From a virus, in the IMG/VR virus record IMGVR_UViG_3300031857_000094, positions 18,569 to 82,568 of that record: a DNA stretch of 64,000 bases; one strand, written 5' to 3'. Below are positions 46,968 through 55,409 of the stretch, one piece after another. How positions within the stretch are numbered: the first letter of the stretch is position 1; each line of letters starts with the position of its first letter. The notes below the pieces were generated by a model, which had not been told where the DNA came from, ran no database searches, and saw nothing but the letters and a program-made list of their open reading frames with translations. Made by a program: the position numbers and the translations under genes.

Positions 46968-47136
46968 GGAAGTCCTTTTCCATTCGCTCGAGAATCGCGT
47001 CGCGTTCGTCGAGCAGTTCGTTACCAAAGTCGGTAATTTCCGCGAGAATCAAATCACGCGGCTTGTTCATGTGATGCGCATCGAGAACGAGTTGCGCGAT
47101 ACGCATAGCGATTGAGTCGTAGTCAGTGAGGGACAT
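46936..47136 (-). CDS. Hypothetical early protein ending in LSAA
   Basis: AAGGAG RBS. Confidence 0.6.
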   Translation of the reverse strand: MSLTDYDSIAMRIAQLVLDAHHMNKPRDLILAEITDFGNELLDERDAILERMEKDFHDDRLFLSAA

Positions 47137-47147
47137 GATATAACTCC

Positions 47148-47366
47148 TTAGGCAACATCAAGAACGAATTGCTGCTCAACTCCCTCGGAGTCGATGAGGC
47201 AGATTCGGTTGTTGTCAAGAACGATGGTATACAGCTCGCAGAACTGATCGGCGTAGTGAACCAACGGATTCGGTGATTCAGTTCCTTGGAACACCTGAAG
47301 ATCATACGAATCCATCGGGCGGAACGTAGAACGGGCTACGAGGGCGAGGGCTTGAATGGCGTTCAT
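47148..47366 (-). CDS. Hypothetical early protein
   Basis: AAAGGAAG RBS before MNAIQ; downstream of a promoter. Confidence 0.6.
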   Translation of the reverse strand: MNAIQALALVARSTFRPMDSYDLQVFQGTESPNPLVHYADQFCELYTIVLDNNRICLIDSEGVEQQFVLDVA

Positions 47367-47391
47367 GTCACTTCCTTTCATCATATACTTT

Positions 47392-47420
47392 ATTCTATCA
47401 CTGGCGAGCGTGATTGTCAA
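47392..47420 (-). promoter_or_regulatory. sigma70 early promoter
   Basis: TTGACA-N17-TAGAAT. Confidence 0.8.
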
Positions 47421-47535
47421 GGCGGTTACTGCAACATTTTTGCAATAACCAATCCCATGCCAAAGCCAGCGAGCCAGTTGATGGCAAAGAGGGCGAATTC
47501 GATTTTATTGTCACGAGTCATGTCAGTTCCTTTCA

Positions 47536-47796
47536 TTAGGCGGTCCATCCGTTTTCGTTACGAACGTTTCCAATCCAGTTACCTTTGGAATCGTAGTTCG
47601 GGATGTTGGGGAAGCGGGCGAGGAAATCGTTCAGCGCCTTCTTCGAGTGATTATCGGGCTGGAGTTCGTAGTTGTCGCACAGAACGCCATATTGCTCGAT
47701 CAGCTCGATGAACAGCGAACGCTCGCGATTCATCTGTTCGAGGCGTTCAGTAGCACGAACGGCACGGGCGTTGTCGAGGAAAGATTCGTAAGCCAT
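47536..47796 (-). CDS. Hypothetical early protein
   Basis: AAAGGAAA RBS before MAYESF. Confidence 0.6.
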   Translation of the reverse strand: MAYESFLDNARAVRATERLEQMNRERSLFIELIEQYGVLCDNYELQPDNHSKKALNDFLARFPNIPNYDSKGNWIGNVRNENGWTA

Positions 47797-47826
47797 TTGG
47801 TTTTCCTTTCGATTCATCATATATTC

Positions 47827-47855
47827 ATTCTATCCCATAGCCTACTGATTGTCAA
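47827..47855 (-). promoter_or_regulatory. sigma70 early promoter
   Basis: TTGACA-N17-TAGAAT. Confidence 0.8.
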
Positions 47856-47875
47856 GGCCTATCCCTAATAAAAAT

Positions 47876-47923
47876 CCCTAGCAATATCAATGACTTACTG
47901 CTAAGTGACTGATACTACTAGGG
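47876..47923. repeat. Imperfect intergenic inverted repeat
   Basis: CCCTAGcaaTATCAatgACTTA-ctgc-TAAGTgacTGATActaCTAGGG. Confidence 0.7.
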
Positions 47924-47946
47924 AATAATTTTTGTTACAAAATCTG

Positions 47947-48231
47947 TTACAGACGTAACAGTTTACGGGCTGAACGTAAGTCGTTTAGAGCCTTAGTTAA
48001 GTTAAAGTCGGCGTGGTTTTGGTGATACTTTACTTTACTTTCGATTTGATTTATTACTTTTAGTAGGTCGAATTTACTAGTAAAATCAGCCACTTGAAGT
48101 AAACGCTTTGCCTCGATTAGATCTATACTATACTCGACCCATTTAATAGTGGGGCTAAACTTAGGGACCCCGCCTTTAAACTTAGTTTTAGGGCGGTTAT
48201 ACTTAGCGACTAGCGTTTTTACTTTTGACAT
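47947..48231 (-). CDS. Basic 94-aa early protein with atypical codon usage
   Basis: Own promoter and AAGGA RBS. Confidence 0.7.
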   Translation of the reverse strand: MSKVKTLVAKYNRPKTKFKGGVPKFSPTIKWVEYSIDLIEAKRLLQVADFTSKFDLLKVINQIESKVKYHQNHADFNLTKALNDLRSARKLLRL

Positions 48232-48260
48232 TTTTAGGGTCCTTTGGTAGCTAACTCTTA

Positions 48261-48289
48261 AGTGTAGCTGGCAAAGGAATAATTGTCAA
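48261..48289 (-). promoter_or_regulatory. sigma70 early promoter
   Basis: TTGACA-N17-TACACT. Confidence 0.7.
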
Positions 48290-48657
48290 GGCCCTTTATC
48301 TTTAATCACCTTATCTTTTTCTCGAATGAACTCGAAGCGCAAACCAATCTGCTTGAACACGTGTTCATGAGTCATCTTATGGATTTCATCCATTTTCTTT
48401 GCTTGTCCGATGAACTTATCGTTCCCACCAAACCAAGCATAATACAATCCATTCTCACGAACGACCTTAACAGGAATGTATGGCATATCGCTCTTGTCGA
48501 AATCGACGATGTCATCTGAAGAAACAGAATCAACAGCCACTGGTCCATCTGGATCAATGCTCATGAACTTTCTAAGAATGAAACGAGCTATCATAATACC
48601 AACGATCCAACTCGAAGCCACGACCAAGACGTTAGCAATATAAGCAGTCGTATCCAT
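48286..48657 (-). CDS. Hypothetical membrane-anchored protein
   Basis: N-terminal transmembrane helix; RBS present. Confidence 0.6.
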   Translation of the reverse strand: MDTTAYIANVLVVASSWIVGIMIARFILRKFMSIDPDGPVAVDSVSSDDIVDFDKSDMPYIPVKVVRENGLYYAWFGGNDKFIGQAKKMDEIHKMTHEHVFKQIGLRFEFIREKDKVIKDKGP

Positions 48658-48670
48658 ACAGTTTCCTTTC

Positions 48671-49453
48671 TTATGCGAAAAACGAATCGAGAGTGCTGCC
48701 GACTTCTTTTCTTGTATCTCTGAGTCTCAGTTCGGCATGACCAGTTGTTTCGCGGATATACATTGTGCAGAGGCCAGGATAACGATCAGCAAGAATTTGA
48801 GCTGACTCGTGGATGCGCTCGCTCGTGCGAGTAACCTGCATTCCGCCATCTTCAGTATAGTATTTAGATTTGACAGTGATATCGTCAAGACGAACAACTT
48901 TGCCGTCCTTGACGTAGTGCTGAAGCGTGCGCTCGAAGTCTTCCTTATCGTCGAGCGTAACAGTCAAGTCTTGATCGTGACGAGTGATGAGACCCCAGCA
49001 CGAACCGATGCAGTAATACAATCCAACTGCTACACGGTTCTTCATGAACATGGCGTTAGCTGCTGCATAAACGCCAAACAGATTAGCACCGTTCTTCTGA
49101 CACTCAACGAATCCACGACAGATAACATCACCTTCAAGATCAGTGACAGGAACCATAGTCTTGTCATCAATCTTCTTCATGACTTCTGACAGATCGTCAT
49201 CAAAGTTCATGACCTGAGTTCCCTCAGGATAGTATCGCTGAATGAAACGACGAATCGCACCCATACCAACCTGACCGATCACGATCTTGTATTGTTCAGG
49301 AAGTTCTTTGCGATAGGTTTCGTATTCTTCTTGATTGCCTACGAATACCGTGATCTTTTCTGCGGGGATATTATGACGCTCGAGCAGCGCGAGAGTTTTT
49401 TCACGCAGCGTTTTTGCGCGGCGATAGCTCGGGATTGCGATTACATAGTCCAT
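48671..49453 (-). CDS. TET-associated glycosyltransferase (TAGT/GREB1-like, GT-A fold)
   Basis: IAIPSYRRA, NFDDD, KEDFERT and GGMQ motifs; same operon as TET/JBP. Confidence 0.8.
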   Translation of the reverse strand: MDYVIAIPSYRRAKTLREKTLALLERHNIPAEKITVFVGNQEEYETYRKELPEQYKIVIGQVGMGAIRRFIQRYYPEGTQVMNFDDDLSEVMKKIDDKTMVPVTDLEGDVICRGFVECQKNGANLFGVYAAANAMFMKNRVAVGLYYCIGSCWGLITRHDQDLTVTLDDKEDFERTLQHYVKDGKVVRLDDITVKSKYYTEDGGMQVTRTSERIHESAQILADRYPGLCTMYIRETTGHAELRLRDTRKEVGSTLDSFFA

Positions 49454-50387
49454 TCGTTTCCCATTTCCATGAATCAAGGATAATCTGTTCTAGATTTCTT
49501 TCGGGCTTCCAGCCAAGAATCTTTTCAGCTTTTTCTGCGTTCGCGACAAGCGAAGGTGGATCACCAATTCGACGTATATCATATTGGAAATTGATCGACT
49601 TGTCAAGAACTCTTTCAGTCGTGTTAATAAGCTCTAGCATCGACGTGCCGTTGCCAGATCCAAGATTGAATGGCTCAGCACATCTGTGGCTTTCAAGATA
49701 CTGCAAAGCCAAAACGTGGGCGTGGGCTACGTCTTGAACATGCAGATAGTCGCGAACACAAGTTCCATCTTTCGTTGAGTAGTCATTACCAAAAACCTTG
49801 AATGGCGTATTGTTAATGATAGACTTCAACAGAATCGGAACAGCGTGTGTTGGCGTCTTTGAGTTGTAGCCGTGATTCTTACCTGAGCCAGCGACGTTGA
49901 AATAGCGCAAAGAAACGCTGCTGATTCCATGAGCATGATATACTGCTTCCAGCATCTGCTCTGACCACAGCTTCGTTTGTCCATAAGGATTGAGCGGAGT
50001 AGTTGTGCGATTTTCGTCGATCTTCGATGCAGAAGCATCATAGACTGCTGCGCTGCTGCTGAACACAATCTTGACGTCAGTTTCCTTAGCGTATTCAAGC
50101 AGACGCAACATCGAACACATATTGTTCTGATAGTATTTCAGCGGATCTGCTACGCTTTCGGGAACGACATGGCTTGCTGCCATGTGAATGATAGCGTCGA
50201 ACTTTTTGTAGTATGAATGAAGCCCGAACTTGTTGAGATCAAAGTTTAAAACTTCGACATCGAGCTTCTTAGTCCAATCATTGATTACACGGTCAAAAAC
50301 CGTAACCGTGTAACCGTAGTAGAGGAGTTCATCGACAACAGCACTGCCGATGAACCCACTTCCTCCAGTCACTAGAACATGTTTCAT
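49401..50387 (-). CDS. galE: UDP-glucose 4-epimerase
   Basis: VTGGSGFIGS, VPESV.DPLKYY.NN, FSSSAAVY, YGQTK, LRYFNVAG and DGTCVRDYLHV.D motifs. Confidence 0.9.
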   Translation of the reverse strand: MKHVLVTGGSGFIGSAVVDELLYYGYTVTVFDRVINDWTKKLDVEVLNFDLNKFGLHSYYKKFDAIIHMAASHVVPESVADPLKYYQNNMCSMLRLLEYAKETDVKIVFSSSAAVYDASASKIDENRTTTPLNPYGQTKLWSEQMLEAVYHAHGISSVSLRYFNVAGSGKNHGYNSKTPTHAVPILLKSIINNTPFKVFGNDYSTKDGTCVRDYLHVQDVAHAHVLALQYLESHRCAEPFNLGSGNGTSMLELINTTERVLDKSINFQYDIRRIGDPPSLVANAEKAEKILGWKPERNLEQIILDSWKWETNGLCNRNPELSPRKNAA

Positions 50388-51793
50388 GCAAAGAAATCTT
50401 CAAGAGAGGTTTGATTAGTACCTTTACCAATTTTATTTAGAACTTCTTCTGCTTCATCTGTGAGACCATTGTTTCCAAGATACTCACCCCATTCTTCCGT
50501 ATCCCACATTCCTGGCGATACTCCGTTCCAGTTTTCTTGCCAGAGCGGATGTTCTTTATTGTTTCTGCGCATATAGACGAAGTTCTTACGAGCTTCTTCA
50601 TACTTCTTAGAGCCACACTCAAGCATTGACTCACGGAAATACATCACGACTGACATACGCTCGAACCCTTCTTCGTAGTCGAACGCAGGAGAGTTGCTGT
50701 GAATACGATGAGCGTTCATCATAATCATGTCGCCAGCACGAATATCAGCAGCTACCCGAAACTCAGGGAAGCAAAGATAAAAGCCGTCATAATGCTTGCC
50801 ATTGTCAAGGACGAGAAGATTACTAAAGCCTCGAGGGTTTTCATGTGACTCCCATGATTCGCATAGATCGCCAACGTCACGATGCGCTGCTGTGCGGAAG
50901 TCGCGATTGATTGTTAGAGTTGTATATGGTGTATTACCAATCTGCCAGTCTTTACCTAGCTTCTGCATTGCTTCCATCTGACCAGCAAAGCGAATCGGAA
51001 TGTTTTCTTGGAACACGCGCGATGCTTCTTCGAACAGAGGCAGAGCTGATTCATACAGCTCGTGATGACTTGCGCTCCAGCCCGTTTCGCGACAGAATGG
51101 AATGCGTGGATAACGATCCATGAATCCACCAACGCCAGAACGAACGCCGTTCGCATAAGTTGTATCTGAAATCATGTCATTCAGAATATGATCTGCGGCG
51201 AGCTTACGATCCTTAGACGTTTTATCCTTGACTGAGTCGTACCAATCGTCGAACACGAAGTCCTTCGACTTGTTTACAATCCAAATCGCACCAGCACCAA
51301 TTTCACCTTTGTTCTTGTCTGCTCCAGATCCACGACCTTGCAATGGCTTATCTGGAGTTGTGCTGTAGATTTCATGCAGCATATCTTCGCCAGTAATAGA
51401 AAGCGGCGAACCCTTAGCCATATACTGAAGAACAGCTTTTTCGCGCTGCGTCACCCAGCGACGAGAACCTTCGCCGTCTGGTAACTTCTGATAAGCTGTG
51501 TCGCGTTCGATACCAGCAGCAAGCCCACGATTGTCAGACATGATCGCACCAGAACGAAGAGCAGTATAAGCTGCGTCTGTCATTTCCTTCGAGAACACAC
51601 CTTTACGGAACTTGCAGAGCAAATTCTTTTCAGAATGCGTTTCGCCGTTTGCGATTTGCAAAGGAGTCAGTGGTTCATAAACATCAGTATCTTCAGTCAG
51701 CACTAGATCATAGCAATCATGATCTAGGAACTTACCTAGCATATGATCCATCTTGTTAAGATTAGAGTGTTCGAGATAGATTTTCTTTACCAT
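50384..51793 (-). CDS. TET/JBP-family 2OG-Fe(II) dioxygenase
   Basis: TT.TINRDFRTAAHRD.GD (HxD), GD....NAH..HSN and R.SVVMYFRE motifs. Confidence 0.85.
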   Translation of the reverse strand: MVKKIYLEHSNLNKMDHMLGKFLDHDCYDLVLTEDTDVYEPLTPLQIANGETHSEKNLLCKFRKGVFSKEMTDAAYTALRSGAIMSDNRGLAAGIERDTAYQKLPDGEGSRRWVTQREKAVLQYMAKGSPLSITGEDMLHEIYSTTPDKPLQGRGSGADKNKGEIGAGAIWIVNKSKDFVFDDWYDSVKDKTSKDRKLAADHILNDMISDTTYANGVRSGVGGFMDRYPRIPFCRETGWSASHHELYESALPLFEEASRVFQENIPIRFAGQMEAMQKLGKDWQIGNTPYTTLTINRDFRTAAHRDVGDLCESWESHENPRGFSNLLVLDNGKHYDGFYLCFPEFRVAADIRAGDMIMMNAHRIHSNSPAFDYEEGFERMSVVMYFRESMLECGSKKYEEARKNFVYMRRNNKEHPLWQENWNGVSPGMWDTEEWGEYLGNNGLTDEAEEVLNKIGKGTNQTSLEDFFA

Positions 51794-51820
51794 AGGCCTC
51801 TCCTCCTAAAACTGTTATCT

Positions 51821-52399
51821 CTATGTATGCTTCAGGAGATTTTCATATGTGTTGAAATAGACGTTTTCACCAGCAATCTTAGTCACATTTTGGATACTAG
51901 GGAAAATAAAAATGAAATCAACTTCTGGATGCTTCCGCACAAGCCACTGAAGATAGTTCACACGACCAGGATTGTCTCCCGCGCTCGCGCGAGTATCAGC
52001 GCCATAGTTGTCTGTTCCATCGTAGATGTTGGAAAGAAGTTGATTGCCATCTTGAATCAAAAAGTCAAAACCAAGACAGATAATCTGATTGTATTCCATC
52101 TTGATCGCTTCACGCATAGCATTCATGCCAGCATTACTACGAGGACGACCAATGTTACATTCAGCAGGTTCCCAGCGTTCATCAATCGGTGGTACGATGA
52201 AACGCTTTGAAGGGAAGTCGCTGCCTTCTATCTCGGTAATGATACCATCATCAATACTAACGAGGAAATCAGGAAAAGACCTGTCAGGGTAATCACGATA
52301 AAGCGCATTGCAACCAAACACCGTTCCATATGGTTTCAGTTTAGTAAGATCGAATCCCTTGCGACTCGTACCATTACCGATGATAAAAGCTGTGTTCAT
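51821..52399 (-). CDS. Rossmann-like protein resembling the CstII-type sialyltransferase / MptE-like family
   Basis: AFIIGNGTSR, GCNALYRD, SNAG..A and I.CLGFDF motifs. Confidence 0.55.
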   Translation of the reverse strand: MNTAFIIGNGTSRKGFDLTKLKPYGTVFGCNALYRDYPDRSFPDFLVSIDDGIITEIEGSDFPSKRFIVPPIDERWEPAECNIGRPRSNAGMNAMREAIKMEYNQIICLGFDFLIQDGNQLLSNIYDGTDNYGADTRASAGDNPGRVNYLQWLVRKHPEVDFIFIFPSIQNVTKIAGENVYFNTYENLLKHT

Positions 52400-52977
52400 G
52401 CTACTTCTTTCTTAGTAGAACCTTTCGGACGACCGCGCCCACGCTTGACAGGAACTTGAGTTTCATCATACTCGAGAAACGTTGAGTTGTCAAGTTCAAC
52501 CTCCTGTACAATAGGAGCTGGCTGTTCGATTGGCGTTGCAACCTTACGACCCCAGGCTTCCCACAGATTAGGGAATGCTTCAGCAATCGCTTCGGGCATA
52601 ATCTTGATCTGACGATTTTTCATACGAAGGAGCAGCTTAGCATCACGCGGATCAATGGACTCAAGCACCTGAATGAACAACTGTTCGCGCTTGAGCTGCT
52701 TGACTTGAGCACCTTCAGGGCTATCGACGAAATAGATCAGCTTCTTGCATTCAATGTAGAAACGTCCTTCCTGATCAGCTGCATCAAACAGAGGGCGATA
52801 CGGCGGATCACCATCAGGAAGCAACCACTTCACGCCTGGATCCATGCCATAACCTAGAACAGCCTTAAGAGCATAAGAGCTATGCAGCTTTAGGAACTCA
52901 GCTTGCTTTTCTGCAGTCGTTTGTGCTTCAATCTTTGAAACAATATTAGCCATACATTTGTTTGTATCAAGGGCCAT
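52396..52977 (-). CDS. Conserved-type T4-like hypothetical protein with a C-terminal AT-hook
   Basis: WLLP.G.PPY, KREQLFIQVLE.I.P.DA and KRGRGRPKGS. Confidence 0.7.
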   Translation of the reverse strand: MALDTNKCMANIVSKIEAQTTAEKQAEFLKLHSSYALKAVLGYGMDPGVKWLLPDGDPPYRPLFDAADQEGRFYIECKKLIYFVDSPEGAQVKQLKREQLFIQVLESIDPRDAKLLLRMKNRQIKIMPEAIAEAFPNLWEAWGRKVATPIEQPAPIVQEVELDNSTFLEYDETQVPVKRGRGRPKGSTKKEVA

Positions 52978-53275
52978 CATTAATCTCCACTGGTTCGTAT
53001 GCAATTACATTTATAAACTGTTTCTTCTGTTCGTCATCCCACGCAGCGAGATAATCGTTTTCCTGATCGAACAACTTGAGATATTCTTCTTCACTGATTT
53101 CGCGATGATCGATGATTGCAGTAGGATCAAGATGCTTCTGACTGAACTCCTTGAACGTAGTATCGTTTTCGCGCCACACAACTTCATCGAGCGCATCAAT
53201 GACATTGTTTTCGACACGCACGACATAACGAATGCGGAACGAAGAAAGAACATCGACCATTACGAGCTTAGACAT
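52967..53275 (-). CDS. Hypothetical protein
   Basis: V.VD.LSSFRIRYVV; EFSQKHL. Confidence 0.65.
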   Translation of the reverse strand: MSKLVMVDVLSSFRIRYVVRVENNVIDALDEVVWRENDTTFKEFSQKHLDPTAIIDHREISEEEYLKLFDQENDYLAAWDDEQKKQFINVIAYEPVEINDGP

Positions 53276-53736
53276 TAGATATCGCCTTCTTTACGATTCT
53301 CAGAGTAATATGCGTTGAACTTGCCGCCAGGATAACGAGCTTCGAGTTTAGCAACGTTTTCTGCTACGACTTCATTGGGATCAAGATCAAGAGCGTTGCA
53401 AGCATTGATCCAATACCAAATGACGTCGCCAAGTTCTTTCTTAAGATGCTGACGAGTTTCTTCGGTGTATGGCTTACCCTGAAACAAAACTTTCTTAACG
53501 ATTTCCTGCGCTTCGCCAGCTTCACTTGTCATACCAATGATAGCTGTAAGAAGTAGCGATGCATTGAGCGTTGTGCTATTGAAATGAATTTCCCTCAGAC
53601 GATCGATGAATGCTTCGACTTCACGACTTTCTTTACTCGTGACAGCCATAACAAACGAGGCATACTTTTCTAGATCAATCATAACCTTGTCATACTCCCT
53701 ATTGTGATAGTCTAAATCTGGAACGGTGATAATCAT
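53275..53736 (-). CDS. MazG-like NTP pyrophosphohydrolase
   Basis: G..SEAGE..EIVKK, KELGDVIWY and N..KLEARYP motifs. Confidence 0.88.
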   Translation of the reverse strand: MIITVPDLDYHNREYDKVMIDLEKYASFVMAVTSKESREVEAFIDRLREIHFNSTTLNASLLLTAIIGMTSEAGEAQEIVKKVLFQGKPYTEETRQHLKKELGDVIWYWINACNALDLDPNEVVAENVAKLEARYPGGKFNAYYSENRKEGDI

Positions 53737-53933
53737 CGACGACCTCCATTGTAAACAATGGCGTAACACTCATACTCTTTCTTACCATCATCCAAGCATT
53801 GTTTGTAATGAAATGTTGCACGTTCTGTTTGTGATGCAACAATCATATAACCCAATAGCATGATTACACCAATTATGGCAATCATTGTCTTACCAAAGTG
53901 AAGATCAATCCATGATTCGCGGAAATAAGTCAT
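53733..53933 (-). CDS. Small membrane protein
   Basis: Transmembrane helix; C..DGKKEYEC. Confidence 0.55.
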   Translation of the reverse strand: MTYFRESWIDLHFGKTMIAIIGVIMLLGYMIVASQTERATFHYKQCLDDGKKEYECYAIVYNGGRR

Positions 53934-54124
53934 CACACGCTCCAAATCAAAAGGATCATGACTACAGGAAGCGCGATAGCATGAAACGCTAACAACGAAC
54001 GACCAGCCCACACAAGCCATTTGTTAGATGCAATCTCACTTCTAAACGTAATACCAAAGACAGCGGTGCAAGCGCCAGTCACGACTAAGGTTAGAATAAG
54101 TTGTAGACATTGAATTGGTGTCAT
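53933..54124 (-). CDS. Small two-TM membrane protein
   Basis: Two hydrophobic helices. Confidence 0.5.
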   Translation of the reverse strand: MTPIQCLQLILTLVVTGACTAVFGITFRSEIASNKWLVWAGRSLLAFHAIALPVVMILLIWSV

Positions 54125-54125
54125 A

Positions 54126-54986
54126 TTAGAACTCCGAGATAGCGTCTGTCAACTGACGCAAACGTTTTTCGATGAAGTAGTTCAAGATTTTATTGCGTGG
54201 ATTGTATTTGTATGTAGCATACGCATCAACGATCTGTTTCTGAAGTTCATCAGGAATACAATCAAGATCGACCATCATCTTGTTGCGATGATAGTTGCGC
54301 AGCATCTCACCTTGACAATATGATTCAGGCTCCATCAACGTCCACTCTTCGAGCTTTTTCTTAGGAAGCGGCTTCTGGCGGCCACCAGATACGAACGTAT
54401 CATCAGCCGACAAGAAGTTAGGCACACCGTCACCGCTGTCGCCTTGAAGGATATGATACTGCTTGAAACGCTCAGGATTGACATCTGGTGTGATGAACTT
54501 CTTAGCGATCGGGGAATACTGCGCGACGTTATCATACTTCTGCAACTGCGCGAAGTCTTTGTCGCCTGAGATGATAAGGATCTTCTCTGTGACTACGCCA
54601 TGCTGACCATGAGCATGACACAGAGCGCCAATGATATCGTCAGCTTCTGCTCGTTCGAAGCGCAGAACTGGATACGGCATATTTTCTTCTAGCTCGTCGC
54701 GAATCTTGTGAAGGGCGTTGAAGATCAACGACCAATCGTGTGAAGACTTTTCGCGAGCCTTCTTACGACCAGCCTTGTAGTGAGGATAAATCTCACGACG
54801 CCAGTATGACGGACCGTCAGCACAGATAACGATCTCACCATACTCAGCGCCAAACTTGCGCTTGTAAAGACGCAAGCTCGACAGAACCATGTGACGAACC
54901 ATGTCTTCTTCGAGCTTACTGTCATTGTTAGCCAACTGCATCATGATATTGGAAATCATGACTTGGCTGAAATCTACGAGAATCAT
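54126..54986 (-). CDS. rnh: T4-type RNase H / 5'-3' exonuclease
   Basis: ILVDFSQ, WRR..YP.YK, EADDII, SGDKDF.QL and GD.GDGVPN motifs. Confidence 0.93.
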   Translation of the reverse strand: MILVDFSQVMISNIMMQLANNDSKLEEDMVRHMVLSSLRLYKRKFGAEYGEIVICADGPSYWRREIYPHYKAGRKKAREKSSHDWSLIFNALHKIRDELEENMPYPVLRFERAEADDIIGALCHAHGQHGVVTEKILIISGDKDFAQLQKYDNVAQYSPIAKKFITPDVNPERFKQYHILQGDSGDGVPNFLSADDTFVSGGRQKPLPKKKLEEWTLMEPESYCQGEMLRNYHRNKMMVDLDCIPDELQKQIVDAYATYKYNPRNKILNYFIEKRLRQLTDAISEF

Positions 54987-55009
54987 AACGAACTCCATTG
55001 CATGATAGT

Positions 55010-55038
55010 ATCATATACTATCTATGCGTAATTGTCAA
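55010..55038 (-). promoter_or_regulatory. sigma70 early promoter
   Basis: TTGACA-N17-TATGAT. Confidence 0.75.
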
Positions 55039-55409
55039 GCAGGATCGAACTCGTCGTCATCGTTGTCTGGCGACAACTCAGCTATCGTCTTGACCGTATG
55101 TTCCACGACTTCTTGGAACGGATGATGTAGCCCAAGAGTCATGAGCAAAGTTGAACGCAGGGCTTCGACTGTAAAACCAAAGTGCTTGTCGAAGTCTTTG
55201 TTGAATATGTCAAAGCCTTGTTGGGCCAACTTGTTTGCAACATGCGTAGCATAAGCATCTGTCACCTCATCGACGTATGCTCGTTGAGTTGCCTCACGAA
55301 CTGCTTCATCTTCTGCGGGCGGAAGAATTCTTGTATTCTTCTTAGGAAAGATTACAACGTTGTTATTTGACTGCCCTGAGGATGACGGTGAACTCATTGA
55401 TACGTCCAT
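55035..55409 (-). CDS. Hypothetical protein
   Basis: NVVIFP; E.LRS.L....L.HPFQ. Confidence 0.65.
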   Translation of the reverse strand: MDVSMSSPSSSGQSNNNVVIFPKKNTRILPPAEDEAVREATQRAYVDEVTDAYATHVANKLAQQGFDIFNKDFDKHFGFTVEALRSTLLMTLGLHHPFQEVVEHTVKTIAELSPDNDDDEFDPA

